Shown here: in pieces, positions 40,051 through 51,641 of the stretch
Position numbering within the stretch: position 1 is the stretch's first letter
How the letters are laid out: each line of letters opens with the position of its first letter
Source: Laetmonice hystrix
Lineage: Eukaryota
Assembly: GCA_965235115.1 (NCBI GenBank)
Contig: OZ249436.1
Coordinates: 34,908,001-34,972,000 of the forward strand
DNA: 64,000 nt
Direction: 5' to 3'
The notes under the pieces: generated by a model
Seen by the model: the letters and a program-made list of their open reading frames with translations, nothing else
Told to the model about the DNA's origin: nothing
Databases searched by the model: none
Program-made: the position numbers and the translations under genes

Positions 40051-40098
40051 GCCTACCATTATTTCCTTCAATATTTTGGCATTTTTATTTGTTCATTT

Positions 40099-40469
40099 AT
40101 GGCGGAGCCCTCGAAGGGACATGGGGGGAAATTATTATCGCGAGGGAACGCGATATTATCGCGAGGAAACGCAATATTATCGTGAGGGAACGCGAGGCGA
40201 GTGGCGAGTGGCGAGTAGCGGGTCGGGGGGAAGTAGCGGGGCGAGTGGCGAACCGCGAGTGGCGAGTGGCGAACCGCAAGTAAAGGGTAATGTCACCTTC
40301 AACTCTCGCTTGGGGTCGCTGGCGCTCAGCAGTCAACCCTAGTGTCAGAGCCGGCAACCAGTGGCGGTAGGCCTACATGGCCGCCTGAAAAGGTCGCGTT
40401 CCCTCGCGATAATTATCGCGTTCCTTCGCGATAATAATTTTTTTCCACATGTCTCCACATGGCTCCGTA
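40099..40469. mobile_element. MITE-like inverted-repeat element
   Basis: Imperfect inverted ends ggagcc..gacatgggggg..attattatcgcgagggaacgcg / cgcgttccttcgcgataataat..catgtc..ggctcc, with internal gtggcga repeats. Boundaries are approximate. Confidence 0.5.
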
Positions 40470-42673
40470 GAAATGAGTCTAGGCACGTGTCAATAGGGGC
40501 CTACTGCAGTCCTAATGGAAGTAGGCTACACGGCCTAGGAAGTTGGCCTAGGGGGGCCTAGTATAGGCCTTATTAATTGGGCCTAATCATGTTATTGCGT
40601 GTCTAATAGAAAGAGGAATGAAGAAAACCAAAGCCTATGATCGGAAGTAGGCCTAGCTAGCCCCACCCCCAAGTCACTCTTCAGGCTAATATCTAGGCCT
40701 CTATAATATAGGCCTATACTATCGGCCTATTTACCATACCGATGTGAATGATCCTTGCTTAGGGCAAAATAGGGCATAGCCTGATCTGGTCTGTTGGGTG
40801 CAAATTGAAATTAGGGCAGACATGCCCGGGCACACCGACAGGTTAAGTCTACTGAGATAGCAGCTCCTCACGTACATGTGACGGTGATATATAGTGCTCC
40901 CAACTTAGGACAACCGATCGTGCATATTTGCATTGGTGGATATAATAATAGCCTACTTGGAAATTTACCGGGATTTTCCAAGTTTCGGATCCTCAGCCTC
41001 ATGCAGACTGTGAGTTGTTATTGGTGGTTTTAGTCACGCTTGCCTAGACGCAACGCTGGTATCTGTCCTATTTGTGGGCGAAATTCTGTATTCCCGGGAT
41101 AGCATCCACCAAGCCTGGGGTGTGTGTGTGGGGGGGGGGGGGATAACGAGGCCTAACACGGGGTGCGGGCCTACCTGTCATAATTGTGTAATATGTTAGG
41201 CCTATTATATTTCATACCCTATATAGGCCTACATTTATTAATCTGATCGAAAAGAGCCCCCACGCCCCAAACCATATAGTTTGGCCCTATAGCTTATTTG
41301 GTGGCCCCACCCAAGTAGGCCTATATGGTGGCCTACATAAACCAGTAGGCATACCTGCAGGAATGATCTACTACATAATTGTTATGTCGTAACAAAATAG
41401 TTGCCACCTTTATTGATTCAGAATCAGATCCGCATGGTAGGCCTATGTGTATGGGAGACCGGGGGCAATATTGTAACATTTTTCACACTATTCTATTGGT
41501 GTTTACGGTAAGCCCAACTGAACTGGAAGGCATCCAATAATATTAGCATGTACCCCATTTTTAATGTTTCCTCTATAGTATACAGACCAAAATGGTTGAA
41601 ATCAAACGATAAGTTATGGAGAACGGGATAATTTTCAAACGGGTGTCGAGGTTACAGTCGTCCCCTATACCCGGATCAATAATGTAACACAGAAGCGGTA
41701 AAATGTCATTTAGAAAATATTTTTTATTCTCAATACGATTCGAACAAATACGAAAGACTAATCTTATTTCAGAAAAAGATCACAATTACATGAAACATGA
41801 ATGCCGCCCAACACATTTTATGTATACATAGATGGTTGGAATGATTTGGAATTATCAGTTGCCTGGGTGTTAAATCTATTCATCGTAACGTCTGACATGT
41901 TCATGCTCCCACATGATTTGGCCTAGGCCAAGAACGTTGAATGGTATAGCAATTTACAGCGGAACGTGTACTTAATTCACTGGTAAATTCGACCGTATAT
42001 AGTATCTAAATGTTAGGATATTACAAGAAAAAATACAAAATGCCGGAAAATACTCATGTGGTCGAAAAAGAGTTTTATCCTGACAAAACTTTTAGGGGGC
42101 CTATACGTCGTGCGATTCATTTGCCCCACCTCGTACACCTATGGAAGTAGGCCTATAGATCCCTTGCCTAGATTTTGTGATTTTCTTATGGCAGTGCATC
42201 TAGGCCTTCAAAGGTATGGAACTATAACCTTGTACCCATATTATTGATGCTGGAACTGGGAGGAGGGCAGTGGATTGCGGTTAATCGGTGTATGAAGTCC
42301 GTATAGACCTCGTTAATCCGTGCTTCTTTAATCCGTATACCTCACAATCCGAAAACACTTTATGGTAACCTCTTCTATACCATTTTCAATTTAAAAAGAT
42401 TCAGTCATTCGTATAGGCATAATATGGTTAACAATCCGAACACAGTTTAATGTCACCAGGCTGCATGTTTAGCCTTAACGTATGTCTAGGCCGATACATG
42501 TAATGGGAAGCTTATAGCAAGATCAACTGTTAGAACTGCTGTTCTCAGGCAGACAGTTCAAGCCTGTGTGTATAGTCGTCTCGGGGGTTCACACTACAAA
42601 ATGATTTCCACCCAATTCAACACCCCCCCCCCCATTCCCCCTGGGAAAAAAGCTGGCTACACCCTTTACACAC

Positions 42674-42846
42674 CAGGGCCGTAGCCTGGCCCAAATGCCT
42701 GGGGGGGGGGGGGGCAGTAGGCCTGCCAAGTGATAGGGCGTCATTGTGCCGGTCGAGCTGGCCCGGGGTGTGGGTTAGAAAAACACAAAAAACTGGAAAT
42801 CCCCGGGGGGCAGCTGCCCCCCCCCCCCCCGCAGGCTACGGCCCTG
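42674..42846. mobile_element. Short CAGGG-terminal MITE with a 5-bp TSD
   Basis: Perfect 15-bp TIR cagggccgtagcctg; flanks cacac/cacac; subterminal poly-G and poly-C tracts. Confidence 0.75.
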
Positions 42847-44916
42847 CACACATGGTTATGTCTGTCTGTAAGGCAGGGATCGCCTCTTGTGGTATCTCTT
42901 TATCACATGACACAGCGGAAAGCTCACATAGATATAGCTATCTCAAGGGCACGCTCAATGTGGCAGGAAATTCCCAGTGAATCATAGTACGTGTATTCAT
43001 GAATATACAGTTGGCTTATAGTGCACCCATTAAAACACATACTGTTTCAAAGAACTTAAATACATTTCTTGTCCCCATTTTGCCACGATATTGTGCGCAC
43101 CATATTAATGTATATATCTACATTCAACGGGTAGCCTATTGTTTCAGATTTCCATGTTTCTAAATTCACCCAAAATGCCACCATCATCCACCCTAGTGTG
43201 AGGACACCAGGAAACATTATTTTAAAATAGAAATCTGAAGACATGTCAGATTTTACCAACATTTTAATGGGGGGGGGGGGGGGGGGATAACGTAGTGGTA
43301 ATGCACTTTATACGTTTTTGTATGATATACTTATGTTTACTTAATTAATTAATTGTACATGTACCTGTTCATTGTTGAGTTGTAGAATTGATACAGAGGG
43401 ATCGAAATTATTATCAACTGATTATTCAAATTAATTATACTGCTTGCTTTTTTGACGCTCATATTTAAATGGTTAAGAATTAAATAAAAAATGCATAATA
43501 TATCCACCCACACACTCATAATGTTTGTACGCTATAGGTCGATATGCTTCATGTATTAATGTTCATTATGTACGTGTTTATGAGTTGGCTTCGTGATATT
43601 AAGAAAATCGTGAATCGGATGAAAAGAGTACGACTTCTAGTCTTTATAAAAATCACCAAACACAGAAAATGTTTAAATGTTTAATTAATACATTTGTTAA
43701 AACTACAATGGGATTAAAAACAAGACGAAACATCCCATAGTCTGTATGTACGGTAGTACACTATACATTGCACAACTTGGAAGCACATCATCATGGCACA
43801 CCGTTCATAACCGATGTTCTCCCATGCACAGGTTTAGACACTACCAGATATCAGTCTTCCAGATTACGTCTTAAGCGTTGTTTTGAACATAACTAATTAG
43901 GCCACCAGGCTATGCCTACATTACAATATATTATGCCTACATTACAATATATAAGATATTATTAAGTTGGAGGACCCATAATACTTTACTTTAATATATT
44001 GACAGATATTAGTTTGCGAACAAATATTAAATACCTTACAATGTGAAAGCTTATCTTGTAGGCCTATTATATTTTTAATGTTCGGTGATCTTTTTCCAGA
44101 ATAGAACGGCGCGATATATAGCATTATGTTTACAATTAACACTTGGTCTATAGAAAGAAAATCTCCAAGCATTTCTAGAATTAGTGCGGCAATTGTGCAT
44201 GATTTAAATAGAGTTCAACCACCTTACTCGTCCTGTGCACTGTCGTCCCCTCTCCCCTCACGGGCGGATACTTGTATAAATACGGTGGCCTGAAGCCACA
44301 AACTGGTATAAGAAATAGGCCTAATATACTGTATCGGAAATTTACACTATCCTGGCCGGGATGTTTTTTATTTGGCATGGTGCGTCTCATGTCTCTTGCC
44401 TTGATTGGTATTCTAGCACGGCAGTATAGAGCATAGGACTATTCAGCTATACCGTCTGTCCTGAATAAGTTTGATAGTCTATCTTTGGTCCGGATTCAGG
44501 CTATACGGTAACCAGTGAACATTCGCCCAATCACACTCGTCTGAATGTTCTTATCTCTTTAATAAAAGTATTTTGTCATGTTTCAATAAATTATTATTCT
44601 TTTACGCATCCACGGCCTATACATTATGACCACTGACATGCATGCATGTATTGTAGATTCTCTTTAGGGACAGAATAACGTCCATCGGGTACACTGTCAC
44701 TCACTCTCGCCTTCCACTCATACTCTGTGTAATATTAGTATAAACCTTGAGTAATGATATATAATAATAGTATCATAGTTATGTTATACAAAAGATTCTG
44801 AAGGTTGTCAGCTGATTTCAACAACTGCTGGCGCCATGAGCTCACAGAGAAAACTGTAGACCAATCAGTTCATTTCGTCATCTCATGTATACAGACAGCT
44901 ATGCATTGCGAGTCTG

Positions 44917-45053
44917 GGAACCGTTTCACTAAACACTCGTGTTTTATGAGCTTGTATTTTCTTTAGATCATAATAGCAAAATGTACGAGTGTTTTCTTGT
45001 TTGTGAGCTATAAGGTCATACGATCTCATATATAGTCTTAGTGAAACGAGTCC
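44917..45053. mobile_element. PIF/Harbinger-like MITE just downstream of the TNFR-like stop codon
   Basis: Inverted ends ggaaccgtttcactaa / ttagtgaaacgagtcc; 3-bp TSD CTG. Same family as 20652-20753. Confidence 0.7.
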
Positions 45054-45112
45054 CTGTTCCCCCCCCCCCCTCCCCCCAAACCCCATTACCCTTCCAGTCA
45101 TCGTTCCAGTCG

Positions 45113-47203
45113 TCATCGGCTGCGCGGAGCGTCAAGTTCCACGTCCTCGTCACAGTGGGGTTGAATGCGGCTCAGATCCAGTTTGAGCACCTTTTTATAG
45201 GCCCGCGCTCGGTTGGATGAGTTCGCTGGCATTTTAACCGTCGTCTGGGCGGGGTCACCTTCTCCGGGCTGCTGGCACGAGCATGTCGTTGCAGAGTACG
45301 AGCCGCCGCAGTAAGTGGCGTGGGAGGCCCCGCAATCGATCTCTTGTATCGGGGAGTTCAGTGGAACCTCTTCTTCTTCCTGTGTACCGTAGCCAATATC
45401 CTCCAATGAATGCGATGATTCTCCTGGTGGCGTCGCCGAAATTTCATTTTGAGCAGGAACCGATTCTACTCCTGCCGCTGCGAGAAAAAACAAGTCTGTT
45501 CAGATTACAGGTATATTTCAGGAATAATTTTTGTCACTTCGTCAGAAAAAGGGGGCGCGCGCCCCCCTTGGATCGGCGCATTATCGTCCCAACCTCACCT
45601 GGCATGGGTTCTGGAAGAATCTGAGATAGCTGCGGTGACGGATCACTTCCTTCGTCATCTTGTCCCCTCTGTTGGCAACGCCAGAATTTGCGGACCAGGA
45701 AACCACAAATAACGAGGACCTATACAGGACACAAACGTACTATAGGTCGACATAAACCGTGCACACCCTCCCACCTATGTCATTAGCATATTATAATAAG
45801 AATATTGATCAAAATATAGGCCCATGTGTTACACCGTGATGTGACTCTATGCTACTGAGGAATGCCTCCTTGGGGATCAGAGCAGTTCGTATAAAAACCG
45901 ACCTGCTGGTGAGGGGTAGACGGAGTATCGTCCCAGTATACACACGGCCTATGTGAGAGGCTAGTGAGGGGAAGTGTCGAATCGCAGATCTACGCCGCAC
46001 AGATCTATGGAATTGGATCCTTTCAGTTTTTCTCACTGGCCCTGTCCAGTCCTCCGCAGCTGGGTCAGTTTAAAGGCTAGGCCTATAAGGCGGGCAAAAG
46101 AAGCCTTGCCATGTTTCGAAAAGAGAATAGGGAGTGCCTCCCAGTGGTATAGGTCGGTTTCCTTCTCAGTTCATCCCCCTGACTCGGGAGTCCAAATACA
46201 ATGGGTCCCTTCGGCTTGAGGGAATAAAACTCACCAGCAGGACACTGACGCAGATGCCAAACTTATATAATTCTTGGTTTGTCCAGTCCGGGGTGGGGGT
46301 GGTGCGCCAAGCCGAGGTCAGTCGATCGACACTTGTAGTCGTCTCCGAGAACCCTAAAAAAGGGCATGTTCTGCATGGTAGGCAGTGTTTGAAATCACGA
46401 CTTTACGCTATGATAGGCAGTGTTTGAAATCACGACTTTACGCTATGGTAGGCAGTGTTTGAAATCACGACCTTTACGCTGTAGTAGGCAGTGTTTGAAA
46501 TCAGGACTATGATAGGCAGTGTTTGAAATCCCGACTTTACGCTATGGTAGGCAGTGTTTGAATTAAATCACGACTTTTCGCTATGGTAGGCAGTGTTTGA
46601 AATCCCGACTTTACGCTATGGTAGGCAGTGTTTGAATTAAATCACGACTTTTCGCTATGGTAGGCAGTGTTTGAAATGACGACTTTACGCTATGGTAGGC
46701 AGTGTTTGAAATGACGACTTTACGCTATGGTAGGCAGTGTTTGAAATCACGACTTTACGCTCCGAGTGAGCAAGCCATGAAGTCAGTTCCAGGGGTGGAC
46801 TAACGTCAGCACCGTAATGACAGCTGCCTGGGGGGGGGGGGGGGGGGGGGGGCTGTAGTAGGCAGTGTTTGAAATCAGGACTATGATAGGCAGTGTTTGA
46901 AATCCCGACTTTACGCTATGGTAGGCAGTGTTTGAATTAAATCACGACTTTTCGCTATGGTAGGCAGTGTTTGAAATCCCGACTTTACGCTATGGTAGGC
47001 AGTGTTTGAATTAAATCACGACTTTTCGCTATGGTAGGCAGTGTTTGAAATGACGACTTTACGCTATGGTAGGCAGTGTTTGAAATGACGACTTTACGCT
47101 ATGGTAGGCAGTGTTTGAAATCACGACTTTACGCTCCGAGTGAGCAAGCCATGAAGTCAGTTCCAGGGGTGGACTAACGTCAGCACCGTAATGACAGCTG
47201 CCT

Positions 47204-47235
<32 letters not shown>

Positions 47236-47501
47236 TAAGAGAGCGCTGGTGAGATGGCCGGACGTAGATCTAATCAAGAGGTTTTCTCTTGATAAGGAGA
47301 AACATGAAATCACCCTAGAGGGTGCCGGTACTAAGTAGGCCTAACACAGCTGTTGATTCTAAATTAATACTTATTGTGGCAGTATAGGCCTACATGTAGG
47401 CCTATAGTATATTAAAGGAATATAAATACGTGTGCATGTATAGGTAGGCCTATTAAAAGCAAACTGTTCAAACTGTCAATAAGGAGGGCGGGAGGAAACA
47501 A

Positions 47502-47537
<36 letters not shown>

Positions 47538-47802
47538 AAAAAAGAAAAGGAAAGAGAAAGAAAGAACCCCAAAACCAAATCGTTCGCCCGAATGATGCAG
47601 ATGACATAAAATAGTTAGGATTTTTTAAAGCACATATAGTAGGCCTACATTTTGCTTAAAATTTCCACCTACCTGGGCATTCTCTGCTGCACTCGCCGTT
47701 GAGGACGTTCGTGGATCCCGGCACACAGAGATCTCTGCACGGGGCACACCGATCCATAGGACCGTCCCAATACTCGTGTGGTTGGCACACGACCGGCGCC
47801 AT
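45113..47802 (-). CDS. TNF-receptor-superfamily-like protein with a single BCMA/TACI-type cysteine-rich domain and no signal peptide (type III), 244 aa, 4 exons
   Basis: Exons 47802-47673, 46353-46235, 45719-45599, 45477-45113; GT..AG introns in phases 1, 0, 1. Exon 1 = MAPVVCQPHEYWDGPMDRCAPCRDLCVPGSTNVLNGECSRECP (6 Cys, CxxxEYWDxxxxxCxxCxxxC). Then a Thr-rich stalk, TM FGICVSVLLVLVICGFLV followed by RK, and a tail with TQEE, PIQE and PAQTT. Confidence 0.85.
46376..47234. repeat. 35-bp minisatellite with a 375-bp higher-order duplication, in intron 1 of the TNFR-like gene
   Basis: Unit ggtaggcagtgtttgaaatcacgactttacgctat. The block at about 46478-46852, ending in poly-G, is repeated at about 46853-47234. 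Confidence 0.93.
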
Positions 47803-49392
47803 TCCTGCCGCCCACGCAGTCTCCAGCGGCCAGTAATCCTCTTACAAATGTATGCCGTGAGCATTAATCAAGGTTCTACAGCAGCGCACCTAGTATGCTG
47901 TCCTAAAAACGTGGGATTTCCCACAAGACGGTAGTACCAGTTCACTCCGCCAGGGGGCTGACTGTAGCGGTCACCACAGGAGCTCTATTAGTGCTATATA
48001 ACAGTCAACAAACATGCTATAACACAGTCATGCTGTTAGTAAACACTAGCCAATAGACCTCGAACGGGCGCGGCTCATATGGGCACCCTGCTGACCAATG
48101 TTCACATTAGTCAGTGGCGTAGGAAAAGGGGGCGGGGGGCATGCCTCCGACCTATAAGCTAAAGAAATGGGGTGGGGGGGGTGGGGGGGGGGGGGTATAG
48201 ACATCCCATAGTACTTAGTGCACTATATCCCGACTGATGTCTTCCGGGGATTGCCCATCTTGAGTTGTTAAGGGGCATGGGTGTTTGATGGGACTGTGAA
48301 GGTCTATCGTATTACGTTGTCCCATAAGTACAAACTTGTAGGTACTTCACAATTTAAAATTCCTTTGAAATTCCTTCGCTTCAGTGAAATTCATTCCCTT
48401 CACAGTGCAATACTTTAGCTTCCTAGTGAAATTTCTTGTCATCACAAACAATTATTCCTTCACTTCACACTGAAATTCCTTCGCTTCACATTGTAAATCG
48501 AACTGTGAATCTGTTTGGCGTATCTGACTTCTATGTTTTCTAGGCATGTAACGTCCGTTTGGCCAGAATACGGTTGTGCTTATATAAATTGCATGAACAC
48601 TATAGAAGTGATTTTTCTGGACTAAGTAAACACTGTAGAACCTCTTCATCAACGCCTGTAGATTCCTTCATAATAAAGCACACAATATCTACCCTCATTA
48701 TCACATTAAAAATATATGGATGTAGGCCTATCTAGGAGCTATTACACCGGTTTAGGCCCCTATATCAAGAAGTTTTGCCCCAACTGTAGGCCAATAAATA
48801 ATCTGGCTATAGTGCGCGTTCACATAGTCAGCCACTTGGGTTCACGTAACTCCTACCACGTATTTCGTACGCCAACAGGTCAGAATTGATATATCGGGTG
48901 GATAAAAAAAAACGCCCCGAACTTTAAACTTCAATATGTCAAAGAGTAATGATTGTAATTCAATGACATTTTTCGTAATATCACTTCATGATGTTGTCTC
49001 TTAGTTAGTAATGTTACAACTCAATAGCTTGGATAATATTTCCGTGGGGCTAAAAACAAAAATCATTGTACAAAAGCGCAATGCCGGGCTAAAGTGAGTT
49101 GTAGTCGCACCCAGAGTCCCTGGCCTCACACTAGAGTAGGTGGTCATTTCAAACGTAGATCTAATCAAGAGGTTTTCTCTTGATAAGGAGAAACATGAAA
49201 TCACCCTAGAGGGTGCCGGTACTAAGTAGGCCTAACACAGCTGTTGATTCTAAATTAATACTTATTGTGGCAGTATAGGCCTACATGTAGGCCTATAGTA
49301 TATTAAAGGAATATAAATACGTGTGCATGTATAGGTAGGCCTATTAAAAGCAAACTGTTCAAACTGTCAATAAGGAGGGCGGGAGGAAACAA

Positions 49393-49428
<36 letters not shown>

Positions 49429-51039
49429 AAAAAAGAAAAGGAAAGAGAAAGAAAGAACCCCAAAACCAAATCGTTCGCCCGAATGATGCAGATGACATAA
49501 AATAGTTAGGATTTTTTAAAGCACATATAGTAGGCCTACATTTTGCTTAAAATTTCCACCTACCTGGGCATTCTCTGCTGCACTCGCCGTTGAGGACGTT
49601 CGTGGATCCCGGCACACAGAGATCTCTGCACGGGGCACACCGATCCATAGGACCGTCCCAATACTCGTGTGGTTGGCACACGACCGGCGCCATTCCTGCC
49701 GCCCACGCAGTCTCCAGCGGCCAGTAATCCTCTTACAAATGTATGCCGTGAGCATTAATCAAGGTTCTACAGCAGCGCACCTAGTATGCTGTCCTAAAAA
49801 CGTGGGATTTCCCACAAGACGGTAGTACCAGTTCACTCCGCCAGGGGGCTGACTGTAGCGGTCACCACAGGAGCTCTATTAGTGCTATATAACAGTCAAC
49901 AAACATGCTATAACACAGTCATGCTGTTAGTAAACACTAGCCAATAGACCTCGAACGGGCGCGGCTCATATGGGCACCCTGCTGACCAATGTTCACATTA
50001 GTCAGTGGCGTAGGAAAAGGGGGCGGGGGGCATGCCTCCGACCTATAAGCTAAAGAAATGGGGTGGGGGGGGTGGGGGGGGGGGGGGGTATAGACATCCC
50101 ATAGTACTTAGTGCACTATATCCCGACTGATGTCTTCCGGGGATTGCCCATCTTGAGTTGTTAAGGGGCATGGGTGTTTGATGGGACTGTGAAGGTCTAT
50201 CGTATTACGTTGTCCCATAAGTACAAACTTGTAGGTACTTCACAATTTAAAATTCCTTTGAAATTCCTTCGCTTCAGTGAAATTCATTCCCTTCACAGTG
50301 CAATACTTTAGCTTCCTAGTGAAATTTCTTGTCATCACAAACAATTATTCCTTCACTTCACACTGAAATTCCTTCGCTTCACATTGTAAATCGAACTGTG
50401 AATCTGTTTGGCGTATCTGACTTCTATGTTTTCTAGGCATGTAACGTCCGTTTGGCCAGAATACGGTTGTGCTTATATAAATTGCATGAACACTATAGAA
50501 GTGATTTTTCTGGACTAAGTAAACACTGTAGAACCTCTTCATCAACGCCTGTAGATTCCTTCATAATAAAGCACACAATATCTACCCTCATTATCACATT
50601 AAAAATATATGGATGTAGGCCTATCTAGGAGCTATTACACCGGTTTAGGCCCCTATATCAAGAAGTTTTGCCCCAACTGTAGGCCAATAAATAATCTGGC
50701 TATAGTGCGCGTTCACATAGTCAGCCACTTGGGTTCACGTAACTCCTACCACGTATTTCGTACGCCAACAGGTCAGAATTGATATATCGGGTGGATAAAA
50801 AAAAACGCCCCGAACTTTAAACTTCAATATGTCAAAGAGTAATGATTGTAATTCAATGACATTTTTCGTAATATCACTTCATGATGTTGTCTCTTAGTTA
50901 GTAATGTTACAACTCAATAGCTTGGATAATATTTCCGTGGGGCTAAAAACAAAAATCATTGTACAAAAGCGCAATGCCGGGCTAAAGTGAGTTGTAGTCG
51001 CACCCAGAGTCCCTGGCCTCACACTAGAGTAGGTGGTCA
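47262..51039. repeat. Near-identical 1.89-kb tandem duplication
   Basis: 47262-49146 matches 49153-51039, separated by the 6-nt spacer tttcaa. The only visible differences are homopolymer and microsatellite lengths. Confidence 0.95.
49564..49693 (-). CDS. Second identical copy of exon 1 (CRD exon) of the TNFR-like gene
   Basis: Same 130-nt ATG..CCAG|gtaggt exon, offset 1891 bp from 47673-47802. Confidence 0.75.
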
Positions 51040-51641
51040 ATCGGTCCCCCGTTTTCACTCCATACTGTTCTCAGTCTCTTTTTCCATGAGCCAATGCACT
51101 TCCTGATCTCTGATAGGGAAATATCTTCCCAACATTGGGAAATACGCAACGTTCTGAATGTGTTGCTAAACGTGATAATGATACGATTTCCCTTGAACTT
51201 CTCGTTACATTCATATCGTACTAATGTTGCAGTTTCTGTGTAGGGTTTGGCACATTAAACATCTGTTTTTCTCTAAAAGTATTAGGAATACCACATAATC
51301 TATTATAGCTAGTGGTCCACAACATGATACATATTGTAAAACATGCAAAAACTAAATATTGATTTTTTTTTACCAAGGTACAATGCGGTGCATCAAACAG
51401 GTGTCAAATTGGACACCTGGCAGCTGCATGATATTTGACCTAATTCCGGCATTGCGTTTTTAGACACTGATTTTTGTCTTTAGTGCCACGGGATTATTAT
51501 CAAGGCTATTGAGCCGAAACTTTAACATACCAGAGATAATATCATGAAGTGATATTAAGAGAAATTTTATTGAATTGTAATGCATAGTTTTTGAAATATT
51601 AAAGTTTAAATTTCGGGGCGTTTTTTTTTATCCACCCGATA
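50785..51641 (-). mobile_element. Internally deleted Tc1/mariner element
   Basis: Termini tatcgggtggataaaaaaaaacgccccgaa and reverse complement, with imperfect inverted similarity over about 200 bp; TA flanks. A truncated copy of the left end lies at 48892-49146. Confidence 0.8.
51024..51149 (-). pseudogene. C-terminal remnant of a Tc1/mariner transposase
   Basis: Translates to LRISQCWEDISLSEIRKCIGSWKKRLRTVWSENGGPIDHLL*, matching the usual W..I....I...I..W.KRL..V...NGG.IEH ending of these transposases. Confidence 0.75.

Noticed and set aside
47625..47864. 79-aa ORF-track entry MLTAYICKR... and its copy at 49516-49755
   Set aside because: Wrong frame. The overlapping frame encodes the cysteine-rich domain and has the splice phase needed for exon 2.
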